DNA of 64,000 nt from Eledone cirrhosa (Eukaryota): contig OZ024749.1 in assembly GCA_964016885.1 (NCBI GenBank), forward strand, positions 15,438,001-15,502,000, read 5' to 3'. The position numbers and the translations under genes were made by a program. Positions within the stretch are counted from its first letter, which is position 1; every line of letters begins with the position of its first letter. This document shows, piece after piece, positions 10,537-19,430 of the stretch. The notes under the pieces are model-generated. The model worked only from the letters and a program-made list of their open reading frames with translations. It was not told the origin of the DNA and made no database searches.

Positions 10537-11755
10537 GAAGGCCCAATCACTCGGGCCATTTTTGCTACATTCACCCACCTTTCAGTAAATTTACTGGGAT
10601 GCAGTAGCTCTCTCTCCACTCTGATTCTCCTTCAGAAGTGGTACCTAAAGAAGGGAATGAGTTGTTGTCCGGAGAGAAAGGCATCTGTCCTCAGTCCTCT
10701 CAATCTCGTCCACCATATAACCGCTTTCACCATAGCCACTATACAGGGGAAAACCACCTCTCTTTCGTTTTTGAAAGAAGTTGGTGGTTTGATCCTTACT
10801 ATGGACTCAGCAGTCAACTGGATTTGTCCCATACGCGGCAGTAGTTGTTCTGCGTAGTTCCACATGTCAGCTACGCCCGGGCAGTGCACAATTGCGTGCA
10901 GGACGGTTTCAGTGTCCTGCTCGCACCTTGGACACGTCCTCTTGGAAGGATCCCTGCCGGAGTGTCCGTGCCTGTAGCTCTTGTCTTGAATTGGTAGAGC
11001 CCTTCGGTAGCACTGCCAGGCCAGGGACCTTTGGAAGTTGTCCATAGGTGCCGGGCGGAAAGTCCTACCAAACAGACTGGTGAGCTCGTCGTCTTCGACG
11101 TCCAGAGTCTCTCCGAGCGCGTCGTCGCACTTGTGACGTACTAACCCTCTATAGAATGTCGAAGTGGAGTCTCCACTGATTGCTGTGCCTGCTTGACAGA
11201 GTACTGTGAGCGCCTGAGCGCATTCAATGTGCCAGGCGCCCATTTTCTTCGGTCTCCGCTTGACCCATGACTGCAGCTCCGTCAGCGAGACAACTTGCGG
11301 GAAGGCCTGTCTCACAAACGGGGCCCACACCGGTTGTTCGGTGAGGAATACCTGAAGATGCCGTAGCCTCAGCGCATGTTTGCGCATCATCAGCCATGGC
11401 ATTCCCAGCCCTCCGTTGGAAGGGTGCTGACAGCAGACGGATCTCCTCACCAGTGGAGCCTGCTTCTTCCAAAGGAACTGGAAGAGCATGCGTTCCATCT
11501 TGGTGAGGTGTTCACGGGTACAAGGCACAACGGTCAAGCGGTAGTAGATGACGGACGCTATGAAAGTGTTCGCCACCTCCGCTCGACCTTTCAAGGATAG
11601 TTTGCACTCTGCCCACTTCTGGGTGAGTGTAAATACCTTGGCCGTGACCTCGTTCCAGTTTTTCTCCACCTGGAGGTCCGAACCAGACACGAGCAATTTC
11701 ACCGGTCCTTCCGTCCAGCGTCCGACGACGCTGTCGGATGGCATGGGTTTGTCCC
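10535..11755 (-). mobile_element. L1/Tx1-clade copy C: 5'-truncated ORF2 C-terminal fragment lacking its stop codon and 3' UTR
   Basis: Translation KPMP...CPRCEQDTETVLHAIVHC...FRYHF*RRIRVE...GPSL aligns to copy B. Nonsense at 10632-10634 and small deletions near 11680. Homology stops at ~11755. Confidence 0.9.
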
Positions 11756-12115
11756 CGAGGGCCACATGGGTCACATATTGTTGTCTGAGGGCCACACACG
11801 ACTAATTGCGCACATTACAACTCATTATTTTGTCGGACGTCATGCTTTGACGCATAGAGTTACAGGCCTTTCCATTCTGAGTTTAAATCCCGCCGAGGTC
11901 AACTTTGCCTTTCATCCTTACGGGGTCGATAAAATAAAGTACCAGTAATATACTGGTGTTTGCTGGCCTTGTGCCACAAGTAGAAACAATTATTTTAAAT
12001 TTTATAGTGCGAAGATAAAACATGCTCATGCTGTAAAAAGCTGTGTGCGGGCCGCAGGGGTGCTTGTAAAGGGCCGCAGGTGTGCTTGTAAAGGGCCGCA
12101 TCTTTGACATGCCTG
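11756..12115. mobile_element. hAT/Charlie (MER30-like) non-autonomous DNA transposon remnant, one TIR retained, interrupted by a SINE
   Basis: Ends in TTTGACATGCCTG (reverse complement CAGGCATGTCAAA, a Charlie-type TIR). Repeated subterminal GGGCCACA/GGGCCGCA motifs at both ends. The left TIR is missing at the LINE junction. Confidence 0.5.
11866..11992 (+). mobile_element. 5'-truncated tRNA-derived SINE
   Basis: B-box-like GTTTAAATCC followed by GAGGTCAACTTTGCCTTTCATCC...GATAAAATAAAGTACCAGT...GCTGGCCTTGTG...TAGAAACAAT; homologous to the copies at 12300 and 12791. Confidence 0.75.
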
Positions 12116-12299
12116 ATAATCTATAAATTAGGCTATGTCTAAGCTAATAGCACTACCTGGCGAATACACATAACCATCGCACGATGAAATGAATAAAATA
12201 AGCATTAGAGTTACTGTCCCTGAAATAAGGGAGACAACTATTATAATTATGTAACTCTGTAATCTAGCTTATTGGTGCTTTCTATTCCGACAAGTGGAT

Positions 12300-12512
12300 G
12301 GTTTGGCAGAATCGGTAGAGCATCGGACACCATGTTTTGGGGCATAAAGTTACGGCCCATTCGTTCTGAGTTCAAATCCGAGCGAGGTTAGTTTTGCCTT
12401 TCATCTTAATGGGGTTGATAAAATAAAATACCAGTAATGCACTGGGGTCGATTTAATCAACTTTCCTATCCCATAAAATTGCTGGCCTTGTGTCTATATT
12501 AGAAACAATATT
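12300..12512 (+). mobile_element. tRNA-derived SINE, near full length
   Basis: A box TGGCAGAATCGG (12304-12315) and B box GTTCAAATCC (12370-12379); same body and tail as the neighbouring copies. Confidence 0.8.
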
Positions 12513-12556
12513 TATTTTAATACACACACACATACACAGACAATCTATCTATATAT

Positions 12557-12587
<31 letters not shown>

Positions 12588-12790
12588 GTACACTCATAAG
12601 GATGCATGATCTCGCATCTCCTGATGGAGTTCTAGGGGCGCCATATTGATATAGGCATTTTTTAGGGCACTTTTAAAACCAGGCGGAGACCATCACTCTC
12701 CGGGATATATATAATAGAATAAGAAGGGGTGGTCACGCTTTGATTCACAGATTTAGTAGGTTACAGCTTACTTGGTATTAAACATTTATA

Positions 12791-12977
12791 ATAATTGTTT
12801 CTACTTTTGGTAGAAGGCCAGCAATTATCCCAGTGTATTACTGGTACTTTATTTTATTGACCCCGTAAGGATGAAAGGCAAAGTTAACCTCGGCGGGATT
12901 TGAACTCAGACTATAAAGGGCCGTAACTCTCTACTGCAAAGCATGGCGTCCAACTCTCTACCGATACTGCCAATCCA
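12791..12977 (-). mobile_element. tRNA-derived SINE (inverted relative to the other two)
   Basis: Minus-strand A box TGGCAGTATCGG (12972-12961) and B box GTTCAAATCC (12905-12896); same body. Confidence 0.8.
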
Positions 12978-12989
12978 AATAATACACAT

Positions 12990-14771
12990 ACTTACACACA
13001 CATACCTACACACAGCTTCCACACACACATACCTACCCACAGCTTCCACACACACATACCTACCCACAGCTTCCACACACACATACCTACCCACAGCTTC
13101 CACACACACATACCTACCCACAGCTTCCACACACACATACCTACCCACAGATGCCACTCACATATACCTACCCACAGCTTCTACACATACATACCTACAC
13201 ACAGCTTCCACACACACACACACCTACACACAGCTTCCACACACACATACCTACCCACAGCTTACACACACACATACCTCCATACAGCTTCCACACATAC
13301 ATACCTACACACAGCTTCCACACACACATACCTACACCACAGCTTCCACACACACATACCTACCCACAGCTTACACACACACATACCTCCATACAGCTTC
13401 CACACATACATACCTACACACAGCTTCCACACACACATACCTACACAGAGCTTCCACACACACATACCTACACACAGCTTCCACACACACATACCTACAC
13501 ACAGCTTCCACACACACATACCTACACACAGAGCTTCCACACACACATACCTACCCACAGCTACACACACACATACCTACACACAGCTTACACACACACA
13601 TACCTACCCACAGCTTTCACACACACATACCTACCCACAGCTTCCACTCACACATACCTACATACAGCTTCCACACACACATACATACCCACAGCTTACA
13701 CACACACATACCTACACACAGCTTCCACACACACATACATACCCACAGCTTACACACACACATACCTACACACAGCTTCCACACACACATACCTACACAC
13801 AGCTTATACATACACATACCTACACACAGCTTATACATACACATACCTACCCACAGCTTCCACTCACACATGCCTACACACAGCTTACACACACACATAC
13901 CTACCCACAGCTTACACACACACATACCTACATACAGCTGCCACACACACACATATCTACACAGCTTACACACACACATACCTACACACAGCTTCCACAC
14001 ACACAACTTCCACACACACACAGCTTCCACACACACATACCTACACCATAGCTTCCACACACACATACCTACACAGAGCTGCCACACACACATACCTACA
14101 TACAACTGCCACACACACATACCTACACCATACCTTCCACACACACATACCTACACAGAGCTTCCACACACACATACCTACATACAACTGCCACACACAC
14201 ATACCTACACCATAACTTCCACACACACATACCTACTCAGAGCTGCCACCCACACATACCTACATACAACTGCCACACACATACCTACCGATACTGCCAA
14301 TCCAAATAATACACATACTTACACACACGTACCTACCCACAGCTTCCACACACATACCTCCATACAGCTTCCACACATACATACATACACAGAACTTCCA
14401 CACACACATACCTACACAGAGCTTCCACACACACATACCTACATAAATCTTCCACACACACATACCTACACAGAGCTTCCACACACACATACCTACCCCC
14501 AACTTCCACACACACATACCCTCACAGAGCTTCCACACACACATACCTCCATACAGCTTCAACACACACATACCTACACACAGCTTCCACACACACATAC
14601 CTACCCCCAACTTCCACACACACATACCTACACAGAGCTTCCACACACACATACCTACATAAATCTTCCACACACACATACCTACACAGAGCTTCCACAC
14701 ACACATACCTACCCCCAAATTCCACACACACATACCCTCACAGAGCTTCCACACACACATACCTACACACA
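12990..14771 (+). repeat. CA-rich minisatellite, unit ~27 bp (ACACACACATACCTACCCACAGCTTCC), degenerate
   Basis: Tandem units read directly; 9-aa periodicity (THTYLPTAS) in the ORF track. Confidence 0.92.
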
Positions 14772-15262
14772 AATTCAAACAGCCCACTTCAATAGTACGA
14801 TATAGGTCTTGACTATAGTCAAGGGAGACAACTTTAACTGATTTACAAAACGTGGCGGCAGAGTTATCTAAACTTTGCTCTACTTTCCCTCAGCCAGATC
14901 TGCCACCCCCCTTCTCATTACTTAATTTTGTTTATCTTTTTAACATATTTATGTAATTTTTTTAATATCATAAACAAATCTATTTCAAATAACAACAATA
15001 ACAACAACAACACTACATATATTTAAAAACGGAAAATGAGGGGAAGGGTAAGGGATGAACAGTCACAGAGGGTGATGGGCTCTAGGTGTTGGGCACGGAG
15101 AGGTTGGGTCTGCTCCCCGCAGACAAGACCGCAAAACCCTTTTTATGTTCTTTTAAGTCAACTTTGTAATATTTTTATACATATTTCCTAACCTATCCAA
15201 TATTTATACGTTTATTGTATGACGTCATTGCCCTTATATATGTTTTAAACCCTACGTGTATT

Positions 15263-16725
15263 GATGGTGGTGATGGTGGTGGTAGTGGTGGTGGCGGTGG
15301 TGGCTGAGGTAGTGGTGGTAGTACTGGTGGTGGTGGTACTGGTGGTGGTGGTGGTGGTGGGGTCATGCTGATGGTGGGGTAGTGGTGGTGGTGATGGTGG
15401 TGGTAGTGGTAGTGGTTGTGGTGGTGGTAGTGGTGGTAGTGGTGGTGGCGTTGGTAGTGGTGGTAATGGTGGTGGTGGTACTGGTGGTGGTGGTGGTGGT
15501 GGGGTCATGCTGATGGTGGGGTAGTGGTGGTGGTGATGGTGGTGGTAGTGGTTGTGGTGGTGGTAGTGGTGGTGGCGTTGGTAGTGGTGGTAATGGTGGT
15601 GGTGTTGGTACTGATGTTGGTGTTGGTGGTGGTGGAGGTGGTGGTAGTGGTGGTAGTGGTGGTAGTGGTGGTGGTGGTGGTGGTAGTGGTGGCGGTACTG
15701 GTGGTGGCTGAGGTTGTGGTGGTAGTACTGGTGGTGGTAGTGGTGGTGGCGGTGGTGGCTGAGGTAGTGGTGGTGATGGCGGTAGTGGTGGTGGTTGGGT
15801 AGTGCTGATGGTGGGGTAGTGGTGGTGGTGGTAGTGGTGGAGTAGTGGTGGTGGTGGTAGTGGTGGCGGTAGTGGTGGTGGTGGTGGTGGGATAGTGGTA
15901 TTGGTGGTGGTACTGGTGGTGGTGGTGGGGTCGTGCTGATGGTGGGGTAGTGGTTGTGGTGGTGGTAGTGGTGGTAGTGGTGGTAGTGGTGGTGGTGGTG
16001 GTAGTGGTGGTACTGGTGGTGGTGGTGGTGGTGGTGGTAGTGTTTGTGGTGGTGGTAGTAGTGGTAGTGGTGGTGGTGGTGGTGGTGGTAGTGGTGGTGG
16101 AGGTACTGGTGGTGGTAATGGGGGTGGTGGTGGTACTGGTGGTGGTGGTGGTGGTGGTGGTACTGGTAGTGGTGGTGGTGGTGGTGGTAGTAGTGGTAGT
16201 GGTGGTGGTAGTGGTGGTGTTGGTACTGGTGGTGGTACTGGTGGTGGTGTTGGTGGTAGTGGTGGTGGTGGTAGTGGTGGCGGAGGTAGTGGAGGTAGTG
16301 CTGGTGGTGGTACTGGTGGTGGTAGTGGTGGTGGTACTGGTGGTGGTAGTGGTGGTGGTACTGGTGGTGGTGGTAGTGGTGGTGGTGGTAGTGGTGGTGG
16401 TGGTACTGGTGTTGGTGGTGGTGGTAGTGGTGGTGGTGGTGGTAGTGGTGGTAGTAGTGGTAGTGGTGGTAATGGTGGTAGTGGTATTGGTGTTGGTGGT
16501 GGTGGTAGTGGTGGATGTGGTGGTAGTGGTGGTAATGGTGGTGGTAGTGGTGGATGTGGTGGTAGTGGTAGTGGTGGTGGTAATTGTGGTGGTGGTGGTG
16601 GTGGTGGTGGTGGTGGTGGTGGTGGTGGTGGTAATTGTGGTGGTGGTGGTGGTGGTGGTGGTGGTGGTGGTGGTGGTGGTGTGGTCGTGCTGGTGGTAGT
16701 GTTGGTGTTGGTGGTAGTGGAAGGT
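15263..16725 (+). repeat. Degenerate (GGT)n/(ACC)n trinucleotide tract with recurrent GGGGTCATGCTGATGGTGGGGTAGT punctuations
   Basis: Read directly; punctuation motif at ~15359, ~15501, ~15797 and ~15927. Confidence 0.93.
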
Positions 16726-17126
16726 GGGGGAGGGGGTTATAAATGCCCAGAGAAGAAATAATCCTGCCTGGTATATCTCTCTTTCTATCTCTCCTGCTGC
16801 TGTGAACTCGTCCGGGATCTTAGCAGAATGTCGAGAAACTTCTAGGAAACATCTACATCCACCCCATGTGGATCTCTGGCTTTTTCTTTCTTTCTTTGTT
16901 AGGTCCCTTGAACCCCATACTGTTGCAGCATCTGGTCCTTACTCTAGATATGAAGGTCGAGATATTTGGCGCTACATAGGGACACACTGTTCAGTGGTTG
17001 ACGCAGCTCTCAATGCCACTGTCTAGTACGAGTACTAGCCCGCTCAGGATTTTATATATTGATCGGCTCATCAAACAGGTGACACCCCCCCCCACACACA
17101 CAATATATATATATATATATATATAT

Positions 17127-17242
17127 ATAGGAACAAGTATGACCCCGACGGCAGAGCTCAAGCCGTTTCGACGGCTATTTGAGTCCAGAAATAGCCGTCG
17201 AAACGGCTTGAGCTCTGCCGTCGGGGTCATACTTGTTCCTAT
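17127..17242. repeat. Perfect 54-bp inverted repeat with 8-nt spacer
   Basis: Arms 17127-17180 and 17189-17242 are exact reverse complements; spacer GAGTCCAG. Confidence 0.95.
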
Positions 17243-17436
17243 TACCCACTCTACTACCCTAAGTATTGAATACTTTGGTGCGTTATGGTCCATCTAGTTC
17301 CTTACCACAATTCCTTCCTGAATGAAACAGTACTAGTCCTGTAGAAGCTCCTTCTATAAAATAAAAAAATTTTTACTCTGCCATGTATTGAGTACCTTAC
17401 TTACTGTGGTTATCCCCGACTCAACCCGGGACCTAC

Positions 17437-17488
<52 letters not shown>

Positions 17489-17540
17489 TAATAAAAACAA
17501 TGAAATAAAAACAAAGAACAAGTTCCTTATATTAAAAAAT

Positions 17541-17674
17541 TCATCATTTTACGATCGTTTCTAGGATGTATATGTGAAGGTATGTATATCATATAGATCT
17601 ATGTAAAAATATTACAAATTATCAGAGGAAATATACATACCTTCACATATACATGCCGTCCTCAGAAATGATGA
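17541..17674 (-). ncRNA. Type I hammerhead ribozyme (Penelope-type minimal stem III) with greatly extended stem II
   Basis: Minus strand: UCAUCAUUU-CUGAGGA-[24-bp perfect stem, 41-nt loop]-GAAAC-GAUC-GUA-AAAUGAUGA. 9-bp stem I, palindromic stem III, GUA cleavage triplet. The base of stem II is imperfect. Confidence 0.75.
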
Positions 17675-17967
17675 GATTTGTTTATTGAAAAAACCCAACA
17701 AAGATTTAATATAAAAGGTCTGTTTGGGAACAGGTTTTGAATTGACCAATAGAAAAGTAGTTAGAGGTCAAGTTGATAGAATAGTAGTAGTAGAAATTTA
17801 ATTTAGGGGTAGAGGAGTGCAGACATACGGATTGGACACTACCGTATATTTTGGTAGATTTAGCCACACACACACACACACACATATCTATATATATATA
17901 TATATATAAACAAGATGGCGTAGGACAAAACAAAGGAGAGGCACAAAAACAAAGAAAAGAATCCCCA

Positions 17968-18010
17968 GTCACTGAAGAGGTAACAGAATGTGTGACGAAA
18001 GAACTTTGAC
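17968..18010 (+). ncRNA. Degenerate hammerhead-like fold
   Basis: GUCA-CUGAAGA-(G GUAACA...UGUGAC)-GAAAG-AA-CUU-UGAC. Both core boxes are present, but stems are short and imperfect. Confidence 0.35.
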
Positions 18011-18230
18011 AATATATAAACAACCATCTGGTTGTGGAACCAACCAACCAACCGGAAATTTATAAATTCCTAAATTTATAAATTTATTATAATAAATTGA
18101 AGTGAAAGCAGCTGGTGCGGTGTTTCTTATTGGCAACATGACCCTCCCAAAGTATAACAATATCGGTTTCAACACACGTTTTCAGATAAAGAATCTTGCT
18201 AAACAAATCCAGAAACGAAATATATATATA

Positions 18231-18459
18231 TAATATAAGATCAAAAGATGGTTAAAAGAGTTCCATGTATTTTATTATGCGCATTTCAAAAACAAATATC
18301 ATCATGAGATGACATTTGCGTTTTCGTCAGATAAAATAGGGAGACATGATATGAAGGTTAAAAAACACTTGTGAATGGTGCAGTTTTAAATCAACATATT
18401 TTGAAATGCGCATAATAAAATACATGGAACTCTTTTAACCACCTTTTGATCTTATATTA
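18231..18459. repeat. ~61-bp inverted repeat (1 mismatch) with 107-nt spacer; Penelope-like inverted pseudo-LTR structure
   Basis: Arms 18231-18291 and 18399-18459; the arm contains the 3' half of the hammerhead at 18268-18338. Confidence 0.85.
18268..18338 (-). ncRNA. Type I hammerhead ribozyme (Penelope-type minimal)
   Basis: Minus strand: UAUUUUAU-CUGACGA-AAACGCAAAUGUCAUC-UCAU-GAUGAUAUUUGUUUUU-GAAAU-GCGC-AUA-AUAAAAUA. 8-bp stem I, paired stem II, palindromic stem III (AUGCGCAU), AUA triplet. Confidence 0.8.
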
Positions 18460-18544
18460 TTTATACTCCAGTCCCACAAACTGTAGAGTGCTTCTTATCC
18501 GATATCTGCATTGCTTTATTGTACTACAATAAAACTCACCTCCT

Positions 18545-18594
<50 letters not shown>

Positions 18595-18848
18595 AAAACA
18601 TTGATGTAATTCAATTCAAAAGCTCAACGTGCATTTTCCACACAAGAGTGACGGAGTATTTATAGAATAAGGGAATTCAAAGTTTACATGATAAAGTTCT
18701 TCATTGCTATGGTTTACAATAATAATCAGCTATATATCCTACTTTTACGCATGCGCAGACCTGTTGGCATGAATTGAAGTTCACAGGCGATCGGGCATTC
18801 GATTGATAAGCAACACTGTTTGTCCGTTCACTTGTAACTTCAATTTTG

Positions 18849-18967
18849 CATTACCTCCTTCATTGGATTACCTCCTTCATTGGATTACCTCCTTCATTGC
18901 ATTACCTCCTTCATTGGATTACCTCCTTCATTGGATTACCTCCTTCATTGGATTACCTCCTTCATTG
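18849..18967 (+). repeat. Seven tandem copies of a 17-bp unit (C/G)ATTACCTCCTTCATTG
   Basis: Counted directly; no spacers between units. Confidence 0.95.
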
Positions 18968-18986
18968 TAACTTTATTATGTAAGAC

Positions 18987-19064
18987 GCTGTCTGAAGAGA
19001 ACATGGCACTAGCTTCTACGCTGTATTGTGTATCTATTGTTGCCCTCGCAATATGTATCACAGC
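18987..19064 (+). ncRNA. Degenerate type I hammerhead (GAAA box mutated to GCAA)
   Basis: GCUGU-CUGAAGA-...-GCAA-U-AUGU-AUC-ACAGC; 5-bp stem I GCUGU/ACAGC; followed by AATAAA at 19071-19076. Confidence 0.5.
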
Positions 19065-19148
19065 CTTATCAATAAAGTACTTTATCATCTAAACTTTGTA
19101 TTTCCTTATTCTCTCTCTCTCTGTCTCTCTCTCCACACACACACACAT

Positions 19149-19277
19149 ATAGCCGTCGAAACGGCTTGAGCTCAGCCGTCGGGGTCTTACTGGTTCCTAT
19201 TACCCACTCTACTACCCTAAGTATTGAGTACTTTGGTGCGTTATGGTCCACCTGGTTCCTTACCACATTTCCTTCGT

Positions 19278-19313
<36 letters not shown>

Positions 19314-19367
19314 CACACAGACAGACTGGTGCGTTATGGTCCACCTGGTTCCTTACCACAATTCCTT
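19149..19367 (+). repeat. Dispersed copies (19149-19275 and a partial 19328-19367) of the element at ~17191-17317
   Basis: Near-identical ATAGCCGTCGAAACGGCTTGAGCTC...TTACCACA sequence; each copy ends at or near a (TA)n tract. Confidence 0.9.
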
Positions 19368-19369
19368 TG

Positions 19370-19430
<61 letters not shown>

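Noticed and set aside
37-11805. Plus-strand ORFs recurring in all three LINE copies (e.g. HFWVSANTL..TSPQFFSTWRSGPN)
   Set aside because: Antisense shadows of the conserved ORF1/ORF2; short and variably broken between copies.
12300-12380. Possible tRNA gene (A and B boxes)
   Set aside because: Box spacing is extended, no cloverleaf is evident, and it continues into a body shared by three local SINE copies.
12617-12690. Further hammerhead-like relic (TCTC-CTGATGG...AAAACCAGGC-GGAGA); similar half-sites near 17327 and 18165-18185
   Set aside because: Core boxes are mutated or one half is missing; too degenerate to call.
12943-14805. 620-aa His/Thr-rich ORF and overlapping ORFs
   Set aside because: Translation of the 27-bp minisatellite; starts inside a SINE and shifts register repeatedly.
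15245-16699. Poly-Val and poly-Pro/Thr ORFs (mucin- or extensin-like)
   Set aside because: Products of the (GGT)n tract with frame-breaking punctuations; no signal peptide or exon context is evident.
18849-18967. Possible CRISPR array or anti-Shine-Dalgarno (ACCTCCT) repeats
   Set aside because: Units are contiguous with no spacers, there are no cas genes, and the context is eukaryotic.
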